Assembly: GCA_039591855.1 (NCBI GenBank)
Contig: JBDHCV010000002.1
Span: 1 to 64,000 of the forward strand
Direction of reading: 5' to 3'
DNA: 64,000 bases
DNA from: Gemmatimonadota bacterium
GTDB lineage: Bacteria > Gemmatimonadota > Gemmatimonadetes > Longimicrobiales > Gaopeijiaceae
The first letter of the stretch is position 1; each line of letters begins with the position of its first letter. The notes beneath the pieces were generated by a model. The model did not search any database, was not told where the DNA came from, and was given only the letters and a program-made list of their open reading frames with translations. The translations under genes and the position numbers were made by a program. Shown here piece after piece: positions 9,056 through 17,193 of the stretch.

Positions 9056-11104
9056 ATGCACCGCATTCGGACCCTGTTCGCCGCCGCGCTTCTCCTCCTT
9101 CCCGGCCTGCTTTCGGGCCAGGAAGTCCGGCTTGAGGTGGGCCAGACCCGCTCCGGCACGCTCGCCAGCGGCGACACCGCCTCGTTCAACTTCCAGGCCG
9201 GAGACGACTTCCTCCTGTACGGCGAGGTGAACCAGATCAGCGTGGACGTGGTGGTGACGCTGGAGAACGCAGACGGGCAGCGGGTAGGCCCGAGTTGGGA
9301 TGGCCCGGCCCGGGGAGCGGAGGCGTTTTCGACATCCATCGCCGAGGCAGGGCTCTACACCCTGAAGGTGGCGCCCTTCGAGGAGGAGACCGGCGACTTC
9401 GAGGTCACGATCCTCCTGCTCGAGGCTGAGGCCGACGACCCCGAGCGCCTGGCGGATCAGCTCATGTTCGCCTACGACCGTCCGGGGAGTCCGGGAGGGG
9501 CGATCCAAGTCTGGCGGGACGGGCGGACCGTCTTCTCGAAGGCCTATGGCCTGGCGGATCTCGCCCACGGAATCGATTTCCAGACCACGACGGCCACCAA
9601 TATCGGGTCCACGTCCAAGCAGTTCACCGCCTTCGCGGTGCTCTTGGAGCAGGAGCGGGGCAACCTCACTCTGGACGACGACATCCGGGATTACTTCCCG
9701 GAGATCCCGGACTTCGGCGAGACCATCACGATCCGGAACCTCCTCAACCATACCTCGGGGCTTCGGGAATTCCTGAACCTCTGGGCGCTGTCCGGCGCCG
9801 ACACCCGGACCCTGACTCGGGACGACGTGCTCCGGGCCGCCACCCGTCAGCCCGCGCTCCAGAACTCCCCCGGCGCCGAGTTCAACTACAACAACACGGC
9901 CTTCTCCCTGGCCGCGCAGATCGTCGAGAAGACGTCGGAACAGGACTTCGACGACTACATGCGGGAGAACGTGTTCGGTCCGCTGGGGATGAACGACACC
10001 TATGTGCGCATGACGCCCCAGACCATCATACCGGGACGGTCCGACGGGTACACGCCCGGGAGCGAGGGGTGGACCGCGCCCGGTGACCTGGGAGGCGCCG
10101 TTGGCGCGGGCGGGATCTACGCGTCGGTCGAGGACCTGCAGCGCTGGGGGCAGAACCTGCTCTCGCCTACGGTGGGAACGCCCGAGATGGTCGAGGCGAT
10201 GATGACCGAGTTCCAACTCACCGACGGGGAGGGCTCGGGATACGGTCTGGGCCTCTTCATCGACGAGCAGCGGGGACTGAAGCGGGCCCATCACGGGGGC
10301 GCCGACGTCTCCCACCGCTCCATGATCGTCCACTACCCCGAGATCGGGGCCGGCCTCACCGCCCAGAGCAACGCCTCCAACTTCAACAGCGGCGGGACCG
10401 CGTTCCAGCTGGGGGGCGCGTTCTTCGACGACGCCATGGAGCCCGAGGAGGACGACGCGGTGGCCGCCGACGACGGGGACTTCGACCCCGAGACCTGGGA
10501 CCGGGCCGAGTTCGCGGTGGTGGAGGGCACGTACAGCCTCGACCAGGCCCCCCAGATCCAGGCCCGTCTCTGGAACTCCGGGGACAGTCTCTTCGTCCAG
10601 TTGACGAACCAGCCTGCGGCGGAGATCCGTCCCACCTCTCCCACCAGCTTCGAGCTGCTGATCGTGGACGCCCGGATCGTGTTCGAGGTCGAGGACGACG
10701 CCGAGGAGGCGTCCGGCTTCACCCTGTTCCAGAACGGCCAGGAGGTCCACGCCACCCGGGTCGCCGAGGAGGAGGTCGAGGCCGAGGAGGATTGGGAGCC
10801 CACGGCGGAGGAGTTGGCGGCGTTCGAGGGCCGCTATTACAGCGACGAGATCGAGACGTTCTACACCGTCGAGCTGCAGTGGCCCGAGGACGAGGGCGAG
10901 GAAGCGGGTGAGGAGTCCGCCCCGCGCCTGGTGATGAGGCAGCTTCGCATGGGCGAGGTCTCCATGACTCCCACGGAGCGCGATGCGTTCAGGACCGCGA
11001 GAGGGTTCAGCCTGGAGTTCGAACGGGACCGACACGGCGACGTGATCGCGCTCTACGCCGATGCGGGCCGTTCCCGGGACGTCCGGTTCGAGCGGGTGCG
11101 CTGA
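9056..11104 (+). CDS. Serine hydrolase of the beta-lactamase/PBP (class C-like) family, secreted, with a long C-terminal extension
   Basis: Signal peptide, then SxxK active-site motif (IGSTSKQFTA), then a YxN-like NHTSGL motif. The overlapping 726-aa antisense ORF has no motifs. Confidence 0.7.
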   Translation: MHRIRTLFAAALLLLPGLLSGQEVRLEVGQTRSGTLASGDTASFNFQAGDDFLLYGEVNQISVDVVVTLENADGQRVGPSWDGPARGAEAFSTSIAEAGLYTLKVAPFEEETGDFEVTILLLEAEADDPERLADQLMFAYDRPGSPGGAIQVWRDGRTVFSKAYGLADLAHGIDFQTTTATNIGSTSKQFTAFAVLLEQERGNLTLDDDIRDYFPEIPDFGETITIRNLLNHTSGLREFLNLWALSGADTRTLTRDDVLRAATRQPALQNSPGAEFNYNNTAFSLAAQIVEKTSEQDFDDYMRENVFGPLGMNDTYVRMTPQTIIPGRSDGYTPGSEGWTAPGDLGGAVGAGGIYASVEDLQRWGQNLLSPTVGTPEMVEAMMTEFQLTDGEGSGYGLGLFIDEQRGLKRAHHGGADVSHRSMIVHYPEIGAGLTAQSNASNFNSGGTAFQLGGAFFDDAMEPEEDDAVAADDGDFDPETWDRAEFAVVEGTYSLDQAPQIQARLWNSGDSLFVQLTNQPAAEIRPTSPTSFELLIVDARIVFEVEDDAEEASGFTLFQNGQEVHATRVAEEEVEAEEDWEPTAEELAAFEGRYYSDEIETFYTVELQWPEDEGEEAGEESAPRLVMRQLRMGEVSMTPTERDAFRTARGFSLEFERDRHGDVIALYADAGRSRDVRFERVR

Positions 11105-11137
11105 GGGACCCCGGGTTCCAGCCCCGGGGCGTCGGGA

Positions 11138-12304
11138 TCAGATCCGAAGGCCCAAGCCGGAGAGAAGCGTTCTGAGCTGCCTGCGTCGGACTGCGCTGCG
11201 GAGTCCGCTCCAGACGGAGTCCTCCGCCACGCCGTTCTCCGCCGCCAGCTCGAGGAGGTGCCGGGCGAATCGGATGTGATAGGACTTCTCCAGGCGAAGG
11301 GTGGCCGCCTGGGTGGCCGTGGGCGCAGGGGTCAGGGAGCCCGGAACGAGAAGCCCGTTGGCCATGAATGCCAGCTTGGTGAGAAGGCACTTGCTGCACA
11401 CACCGCAGTTGCTGTCGGGGGTGGGTGTCTCCCAACAGACCCGAAGGTGAGCCATCCCCTCGGGCCACTCCGAGATCAGGCGCGTCTTGGCCGAACGCCC
11501 CGTCTCCGAGCCGTCGTGGATCATCTCCATCAGGGGGCTGCTGAAGTACCGGTCGGTCAGGGCGTGGGAGCCGGCGGGTCCGGTTCTGCTGGCCGGGCGG
11601 ATGCTCCGCATGCCCCGGTGGTAGTTGGAGGCGGCGAGGATCGCAGCGGAACACCCTCCCGCGTAGCAGTGAAGGGCGGCCGCCAGGCCGGTGCCGTGGG
11701 CATAGAACCAGTGGGCTTTGAAGTCGCGGAAGTTCGTGCTGAGCTTCCAAAGGTCATATCCAAGGCTGGAGAGCATGGCCCGGGAGCCCTCCGCCGCCGC
11801 GTCGAAGTAATCCGCCCGATCCCGGGATATGTCGAACCCCAGGATCATCAGGCCGGCCTCGATGTTCTTCGTCCTTCGGCCCAACACTCCCAGTGCGTGG
11901 CGACGGGCTGTGTAGGCGCTGTCCAGTCCCCCCGAGAAGGCCAGCAGGGCCGGGCCGTCTCCAGGCTCCGGATGTACCTCCCGATCCGCGAACATCTCGA
12001 TGGGGCTGTAGCGATCCGGCACGAACGACGACCACATGGCCTGGAAATGCTCCATGTTGCGAAGGAGCATGTGGGAGACGTCTCCATGGACGTGGAGCGC
12101 ACGATGCGCTTCCATCGCCGGGAAGAGGAGCCCCAGGAGGAAGGAGTCCGCCACGTCGGGGATCTTGTCTCGGTGCCGCGCCTCCAGGTCGAACCAGAGG
12201 GTGTCCGGCTGGCCCGGAAGCCCCTCCACTCGGGCTGCGAGACGGATCCATCCGTCCCGCTCCTCGGGGGGCAAGGGATAGGCGTGAACGGTATCGGGGC
12301 TCAT
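11138..12304 (-). CDS. QueC-like PP-loop ATP pyrophosphatase with an N-terminal extension of about 100 aa
   Basis: PP-loop LLAFSGGLDSAYTARRHA (SGGxDS). C-terminal VCWETPTPDSNCGVCSKCLLTK aligns with the QueC zinc motif TCYNG..GDGCGHCAACNLR. 388 aa against about 230 aa for canonical QueC. Confidence 0.55.
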   Translation of the reverse strand: MSPDTVHAYPLPPEERDGWIRLAARVEGLPGQPDTLWFDLEARHRDKIPDVADSFLLGLLFPAMEAHRALHVHGDVSHMLLRNMEHFQAMWSSFVPDRYSPIEMFADREVHPEPGDGPALLAFSGGLDSAYTARRHALGVLGRRTKNIEAGLMILGFDISRDRADYFDAAAEGSRAMLSSLGYDLWKLSTNFRDFKAHWFYAHGTGLAAALHCYAGGCSAAILAASNYHRGMRSIRPASRTGPAGSHALTDRYFSSPLMEMIHDGSETGRSAKTRLISEWPEGMAHLRVCWETPTPDSNCGVCSKCLLTKLAFMANGLLVPGSLTPAPTATQAATLRLEKSYHIRFARHLLELAAENGVAEDSVWSGLRSAVRRRQLRTLLSGLGLRI

Positions 12305-12716
12305 GCGCTGCTCTGGGTTCGGTTCATTTGCGGATGTAGGGCATCACCCACGACAGGTTGCCGTGCCTGCGCAACACGCCGGCGGCGCGGGTTCCAGGCC
12401 CACGGGCCCCACGGTTCCTCGGGCCCCAGGCGACCCAGAACGGCCTGCCGTGCCGGGAATCCATACGAAATGTGGTGGATTCTGTCGAGATGGTATGGGT
12501 CCCCGTCCCGGAGGATACCCTGGGAGAAGGGTGAGAGCGAGGTCTTGGACGGTAGTCGTCCTGTAGCGCGTGTGTCTCCATGGAGGCAGAGAAGTGCAAG
12601 GAGTCTGCCTCCTGGTCGGTTCCGGGGCGCGGGCGGGGGTGGTCCGGCCCCGGAGCGCCCCGGGCCGGCTCGAGGGTAGAGCCCGCCCTCGGCGCTGATT
12701 ATCTTGTTCGTTGCTC

Positions 12717-12789
12717 GGGGCCTTAGCTCAGTTGGGAGAGCGCCTGCTTTGCAAGCAGGAGGTCGCCGGTTCGATCCCGGCAGGCTCCA
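12717..12789 (+). tRNA. tRNA-Ala (anticodon TGC)
   Basis: GGGGCCTTAGCTCAGTTGGGAGAGCGCCTGCTTTGCAAGCAGGAGGTCGCCGGTTCGATCCCGGCAGGCTCCA folds as a cloverleaf: 7-bp acceptor stem with one G-U, D-arm GCTCAGTTGGGAGAGC, anticodon loop CTTTGCAAG (TGC), T-arm GCCGGTTCGATCCCGGC. A terminator-like hairpin follows. Confidence 0.9.
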
Positions 12790-12919
12790 CTTTTACAAAG
12801 CTAGGCCCCGTTTGAGGTTACAGCCGCGGACGGGGTCTGGTGTTTCGGCCTGTGAGGCCGATGTGTCCATTTGATGTGTGAAGTGCTCCCCGATCCGCGG
12901 TGGGCTGCACCGTCGCTCT

Positions 12920-13261
12920 CTACTTCAGCTCTCGGAGAACCCTCTCCAGGCTCGGACGCAAGATCGGCACATCCGACACCGCCGTCTCCCAGACGATTTC
13001 GAGATCGACCACGAAGTACTCGTGAATCACCTTGTTGCGCATGCCGGCGATCTGGCGCCAAGGTATCTCGGGGTAGGCGTCGGTAACAGTGCCCGAGACC
13101 TTTCGAGCGGCCTCGCCCAGGACCTGTAGCTGCCGGAGCACGGCGTCCTGCTTCTCCGGATCGGCCCCGAACTGCTCCTCGGACACCCCCTCGACGTACC
13201 GCCCGATGCGATCCACCGCATCGAGCATGTGCTGGACCAGGACCTTGTCAGGATTCGGCAT
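12920..13261 (-). CDS. hepT: HepT-like (DUF86) toxin of a HepT/MntA toxin-antitoxin pair
   Basis: 113 aa with the Rx4HxY motif (RNKVIHEY). Overlaps the upstream nucleotidyltransferase gene by 14 nt. Confidence 0.8.
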   Translation of the reverse strand: MPNPDKVLVQHMLDAVDRIGRYVEGVSEEQFGADPEKQDAVLRQLQVLGEAARKVSGTVTDAYPEIPWRQIAGMRNKVIHEYFVVDLEIVWETAVSDVPILRPSLERVLRELK

Positions 13262-13538
13262 CGAAGAGCACGGTCGCCGAGGCGAGGATCGCCTCCTTCA
13301 TGTGCGGGCTCAGTCCTCGCTCGGTGACCAGGTCCACCTCACGACCGAAGAGCTTGGCAAGCTCGTCTTCGAGCTCGACGAACTCGAAGAACCCCCGACG
13401 TCCGTCATAGTCGACGATCAGATCGATGTCGGAGTCGGGGCGGTCCTCTCCCCTGGCTCCCGATCCGAAGATCCGAAGCCTCCGCACACCATATTCCTGG
13501 CACATACGTGCCAACCCTGATCGGTCGAAGTGAACCAT
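13248..13538 (-). CDS. mntA: MntA-like minimal nucleotidyltransferase antitoxin
   Basis: 96 aa with GSxxxG-type motif IFGSGARGE and DSDIDL, typical of the NTase-fold MntA partner of HepT. Confidence 0.8.
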   Translation of the reverse strand: MVHFDRSGLARMCQEYGVRRLRIFGSGARGEDRPDSDIDLIVDYDGRRGFFEFVELEDELAKLFGREVDLVTERGLSPHMKEAILASATVLFDAES

Positions 13539-13883
13539 GCTCCAATCTCCGCCGCCGGGGGCGATCCGGTCAACCTACAGGCCGGGATCATGCGAACGGT
13601 GGGGCGCTGCTGCCCGGGAGTGGGCCCCTCTCGAATAACTCGGCCCTCGAACGACTTTCACACCTGTATTGGCCTGACGTGACCCCCGAAGTTGCTCCCT
13701 GAAGGTGGACGCCTGCCAACGGGAGAGGGACACTTTCAGGCTCAGTCGAACTCACAAAGGACTGGCTCCGGCAAATCGGGGCGGTTCAGTCCTTCGGACC
13801 GCCGTCACGGCGCCCAAGCAGTGAGCCTGAACGGTCTTCCGAGAACCCCGGGGTAGTTCAGCCCAAGCTCCGGGCCGTCGCCG

Positions 13884-14321
13884 CTATCGCCGCCCACGAA
13901 CGAAGACGTGGTCGAAGTCATCATCGACAACGGTCATTAGCGTCAGCGTATCGCCGCTTAGGTGCACGACCCAGTCCGTATCCAATAGGAGTGGAGGGGA
14001 GTCAGACAGCACAAGAAGCGGCCCTCGCTCCTTAGAGCGGGCTGCCACATCTGTGCCCTGTACCAGAAATGTCCCGCGACCGACCACGGAATCGCCATCG
14101 AAGATAGAGAACTCACGCTCCCCAAAGCGCAGCTGCTGTCCTCGGCCGAGGGTCGTGTTGAAGCCCTCCAAGTGTCCACCGATTGCTGCGGCCCAGTCCC
14201 AATCGCCCACCAGAGAGGTCTCCTCCGATTCCCTCAACTCCCCGCCGCAAGCAACAAGGGCCAAGCCGAAGACCGAAATCAGGGGCCGTCTCAACGGCGA
14301 CTTCATGGCCAGACCCTCCAC
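13884..14321 (-). CDS. Small lipoprotein, putative immunity protein for the upstream HExxH RHS-CT toxin
   Basis: Lipoprotein signal LALVACGGE. Start overlaps the end of the orphan toxin cassette by about 19 nt. Position matches toxin-immunity pairs. Confidence 0.4.
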   Translation of the reverse strand: MEGLAMKSPLRRPLISVFGLALVACGGELRESEETSLVGDWDWAAAIGGHLEGFNTTLGRGQQLRFGEREFSIFDGDSVVGRGTFLVQGTDVAARSKERGPLLVLSDSPPLLLDTDWVVHLSGDTLTLMTVVDDDFDHVFVRGRR

Positions 14322-14830
14322 GAACTCAAGACGCGCTGGGTGTGGACCGCCTGGGCCCTAAGCCAGGGGGGTAGTCCGGCGAGAATGCGGGCCTGATCGG
14401 CGTAGATATCCCTATGCTCACTAACCGCCCTCCCTTGCCTGTGCTGAAGCTCATGCCACGCGGTCATGCCGATATCCACCGCATTGCCTACAGCAAGGTC
14501 GATCCGGACATAACCCCAAGGACCCTGACCGCGATTGCCACCGAGACTACCGGCAGCCACACGGTCGGACCTGTTGGTGAAGACCACGTCCACCTCAAGG
14601 TCTTCGTAGCCTTGGATCGCATCTTTCAATTGCGTCCGGGCTTCGTCGGAGAGTCCCGGTCTAACCAGAACACCCTTGAGGATGTTGATTACCGCACGGC
14701 ATTCGAGATCTTCCCGCCCCTCCTCCTCCTTACACAGCCCAAACGGATCCGAGAAGTTGATCGGATCCCCGCCGGCGTACCCGTAGAGGTTGAGCCCACC
14801 GGCGATCCCAATGGGATCTTGTTGGGTGAA
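14303..14830 (-). CDS. Orphan, 5'-truncated RHS repeat-protein C-terminal cassette: RHS core end followed by an HExxH putative metallopeptidase toxin domain. No ATG; the frame opens straight after a stop.
   Basis: Reverse-strand translation from 14830 gives SIGQFTQQDPIGIAGGLNLYGYAGGDPINFSDPFGLCKEEEG..., the RHS core terminal DPxGL motif, then a CT domain containing MTAWHELQH (HExxH). The track ORF 14303..14629 is the same frame with a TTG pseudo-start. Confidence 0.6.
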   Translation of the reverse strand, partial: FTQQDPIGIAGGLNLYGYAGGDPINFSDPFGLCKEEEGREDLECRAVINILKGVLVRPGLSDEARTQLKDAIQGYEDLEVDVVFTNRSDRVAAGSLGGNRGQGPWGYVRIDLAVGNAVDIGMTAWHELQHRQGRAVSEHRDIYADQARILAGLPPWLRAQAVHTQRVLSSWRVWP

Positions 14831-14836
14831 CTGCCC
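14733..14836. repeat. 104-bp direct repeat copy 1 (encodes the RHS core C-terminal end). About 99% identical to 15841..15944.
   Basis: cacagcccaaacggatccgagaagttgatcggatccccgccggcgtacccgtagaggttgagccc[a/g]ccggcgatcccaatgggatcttgttgggtgaactgccc occurs at both positions with one mismatch. Confidence 0.9.
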
Positions 14837-14982
14837 GATTGACGCACTTCAGCGTAACTCAGCCCGCTAAGTGCCCGACGTTTTTACTCTTGGCCGCTCA
14901 CTTTTTCTGAAATCACTTCGATTTCGCCGATATGCCCTGACGTGGGGCTTTAGGAGCTCTCCGCTGGGCGCGTTTCGGGCCA

Positions 14983-15351
14983 TTATCTACGACCCATCAA
15001 TTTCACCACGGCCGGGATCGAGAATAGCCCCAGCAAGGCGGCCGTGCCCCAACCCAATCCACCCCACCGGACCGACGGAATCGCAACGGCGCTCAGGACT
15101 ACGGCGAGGGTGCACTTCGCAACCAACCACGGGGATCGCCGACTGCCGCTGGCGATGAAGGCGATCGCCGCGAACCCAAACCCAGCCGCAGACACGACGG
15201 CCCTCATAGAGTTCCCGCGGTCACTCAGAGACTCCATGTCGAAGAACACGGGGATGAGAGCGTTAGCCGCCAACCCGATCACGATCGCCGTCATCGCCGA
15301 CGATATCTCTGGCACATCCGCCCCGCGCGAAGTCTCCGGCCCGTGGCTCAT
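14983..15351 (-). CDS. Small integral membrane protein, putative immunity protein for the glycine-zipper RHS-CT toxin
   Basis: 122 aa with 3-4 predicted TM helices. Start overlaps the stop of the upstream cassette by 4 nt (coupled). Confidence 0.4.
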   Translation of the reverse strand: MSHGPETSRGADVPEISSAMTAIVIGLAANALIPVFFDMESLSDRGNSMRAVVSAAGFGFAAIAFIASGSRRSPWLVAKCTLAVVLSAVAIPSVRWGGLGWGTAALLGLFSIPAVVKLMGRR

Positions 15352-16001
15352 CGGTTGACCGCGCCCTGAACCAGTCCGGCGACGAATCCCGCGAGCTCGC
15401 TCCGGCGATTCTCGAACACCTCCATCACCACCCCTCGGAATCGGTCCAGTTCAGCTCTCGGCACGCCTTGCGCCGCGTGGTGAGCCACGAACTCGTCGAG
15501 GTACCCAGGGAACGACTCCAGGGCCTCCCCGGCCACCCCTTCTAGGAGCTGGCCGCCGGCTTCGCCGAGGAATCCAAATACAGCGCCCTGAGCGATGTCA
15601 CCGCCGGACCCAAAGCTGCGCTGATCACCACCTCCCAGGAGCCCCCCGAGTCCTCCGATCGCAGCTTGCCCCATGAGCATCGCCGACTTCCCGACTTTCA
15701 GGGCCGCGAATTGCCCGGAGAGGGCTCCAGTCGCGCCTGCCGTAACAAGTGCATTGCCATTGAACGACCTACTGGCGGCCTGGGACAGGCCCTCGGTAAC
15801 AACCCCGACCACGCCACCGATCACCGCTGGGCACCACGGACACAGCCCAAACGGATCCGAGAAGTTGATCGGATCCCCGCCGGCGTACCCGTAGAGGTTG
15901 AGCCCGCCGGCGATCCCAATGGGATCTTGTTGGGTGAACTGCCCACTCGCCATCCCCCCCGCCGGTGCCGATTCCGGGATCCCCGGGGCCAGCCTCTGCA
16001 T
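15348..16001 (-). CDS. Orphan RHS C-terminal cassette: RHS core end (DPxGL) followed by a glycine-zipper, membrane-active putative toxin domain
   Basis: SGQFTQQDPIGIAGGLNLYGYAGGDPINFSDPFGLC is the RHS core end. The CT is rich in GxxxG repeats (VIGGVVGVV, AIGGLGGLLGGG), typical of pore-forming or ionophore toxin domains. Only about 17 aa precede the core motif, so this is an orphan module. Confidence 0.6.
   Translation of the reverse strand: MQRLAPGIPESAPAGGMASGQFTQQDPIGIAGGLNLYGYAGGDPINFSDPFGLCPWCPAVIGGVVGVVTEGLSQAASRSFNGNALVTAGATGALSGQFAALKVGKSAMLMGQAAIGGLGGLLGGGDQRSFGSGGDIAQGAVFGFLGEAGGQLLEGVAGEALESFPGYLDEFVAHHAAQGVPRAELDRFRGVVMEVFENRRSELAGFVAGLVQGAVNR
15841..15944. repeat. 104-bp direct repeat copy 2 (RHS core end)
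   Basis: See copy 1 at 14733..14836. Confidence 0.9.
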
Positions 16002-16038
16002 TACCCATGCCCGACCTACTCACAACCTGGAGGTCGGC

Positions 16039-16962
16039 ATGGCACACCACACCATGGGCGCATGGGTCGAATCGCACCTAGAATGGCTGGAGGCGAAGGG
16101 ATATGCGAGGGGCACGATCCAATCGCGGCGGGGATACCTTCGGAAGTTCGTCGCTTGGAGCGCTGGACAGGGCGCGACGCAGCCGCATGACTTCGCGCTC
16201 CCGCTCATCGAGGCCTACCGGGTCCACCTCCACACGCTCCGGCGCCGGGACGGTGCTCCGTTGGGCTGGGGTTCGCGGGCGCAACCGCTCCTGGCGATCC
16301 GGGGGCTCTTCCGCTGGCTGACTCTCACCGGGGAGTTGAGCTCGAACCCGGCGGCGGACGTGGAGTTGCCACGTCGGGGACGCCGCCTGCCGCGTCGGGT
16401 GCTCTCCGCGTCCGAGGTCGAGCGGGTCCTCGCCCTGCCGAACATCCGGACCGGGACGGGCCTACGGGACCGCACGATCCTCGAAGTCCTCTACTGGACG
16501 GGGATCCGCCGGGCCGAATGCGCGAACCTCGACCTCAGGGATCTCGACCTGGGCCGTGGCGTCCTGCTGATCCGAGATGGAAAGGGAGCCCGGGACCGGT
16601 TCGTCCCCCTGGGCCGTCGGGTCACCGTGTGGCTGACTCACTACATACGGCGGGGCCGTACGTCCCTCCTCAAGAGCGGCGACCCCGGCGCGCTCTTCCT
16701 ATCCCGGCTGGGAGGCCAGATCAGTGTGAAGCGGCTGGGGGCCATGGTACACGATGCCCTTTGGGCGGCGGGGCTGGGCGGAGGCGGGGCGTGTCACCGG
16801 TTTCGGCACACGGTGGCCACGCTGATGCTGGAAGGCGGCGCGGACATCCGCGACCTGCAGGAACTGCTCGGCCACGAGCAGCTGAACACCACGGCGCTCT
16901 ACGCGCGGGTGTCGATCCAACGACTGCAGGAGGTGCATCGACGCACGCACCCGGCCTGGTGA
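16039..16962 (+). CDS. Site-specific tyrosine recombinase/integrase (XerC/XerD-like)
   Basis: N-terminal SAM-like core-binding domain, catalytic domain with R...HxxR (HRFRHTVAT) and C-terminal LLGHEQLNTTALYARV carrying the Tyr nucleophile. Start at the ATG of MAHHTMGAW; the track ORF begins earlier at a non-ATG codon. Confidence 0.85.
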   Translation: MAHHTMGAWVESHLEWLEAKGYARGTIQSRRGYLRKFVAWSAGQGATQPHDFALPLIEAYRVHLHTLRRRDGAPLGWGSRAQPLLAIRGLFRWLTLTGELSSNPAADVELPRRGRRLPRRVLSASEVERVLALPNIRTGTGLRDRTILEVLYWTGIRRAECANLDLRDLDLGRGVLLIRDGKGARDRFVPLGRRVTVWLTHYIRRGRTSLLKSGDPGALFLSRLGGQISVKRLGAMVHDALWAAGLGGGGACHRFRHTVATLMLEGGADIRDLQELLGHEQLNTTALYARVSIQRLQEVHRRTHPAW

Positions 16963-17063
16963 TCGGGAGGGTTGAAACCGGGGTATTCCTGGGGCGAAAG
17001 GTGGGCCACTTGGGCCGGATAATGGGCCTTTTCAGGGCGGCAGATTCCGGCATCGCGAGGCGG

Positions 17064-17180
17064 CAAGAACGGCAGATCGTGCGCTCTACCAATGAGTTAG
17101 ACGTGTTCTTGCCGTGATTCGGCTTGGCCGATTATCGATTTGCAGGCAGGAGGTCGCCGGTTCGATCCCGGCAGGCTCCA
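17064..17180 (+). repeat. Composite tRNA-derived repeat, copy A. A 9-bp-stem hairpin holds an inverted tRNA D-arm-like segment, then a spacer, then a direct copy of the tRNA-Ala 3' half (17139..17180). attR-like.
   Basis: ggcaagaacggcagatcgtgcgctctaccaatgagttagacgtgttcttgcc is a hairpin (ggcaagaac/gttcttgcc) whose loop resembles the reverse complement of the tRNA D-arm (GCGCTCTCCCAACTGAGCTAAGG). ttgcaggcaggaggtcgccggttcgatcccggcaggctcca matches the tRNA-Ala 3' 42 nt with one mismatch. Confidence 0.8.
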
Positions 17181-17193
17181 CTGGCGTAAGGCG

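Larger units (their letters stand above)
12790..17180. mobile_element. Putative integrated genomic islet at tRNA-Ala carrying an MntA/HepT TA pair, two orphan RHS C-terminal toxin/immunity cassettes and a tyrosine recombinase. Bounded by the intact tRNA-Ala (attL) and a 42-nt duplicate of its 3' half (attR-like).
   Basis: Direct repeat of the tRNA 3' half at 17139..17180. Integrase gene sits next to the right boundary. Local GC is lower (about 13.6-15.1 kb). Cargo is TA and polymorphic-toxin cassettes. Confidence 0.55.

Noticed and set aside
8855-11035. 726-aa minus-strand ORF overlapping the beta-lactamase-family gene
   Set aside because: The opposite-strand frame carries SxxK and signal-peptide features. 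This ORF has only low-complexity G/R/P/L-rich sequence.
14414-14842. Plus-strand 142-aa ORF ending in ...DPNGILLGELPD (also 15666..16190)
   Set aside because: These are the antisense frames of the RHS core-end repeats. The reverse strand encodes the canonical DPxGL RHS terminus.
17064-17110. Possibility that the hairpin ggcaagaac...gttcttgcc is a complete small tRNA or tRNA-like gene
   Set aside because: Only 52 nt and cannot form a full cloverleaf. It resembles an inverted D-arm fragment. Treated as part of a composite repeat and not as an RNA gene.
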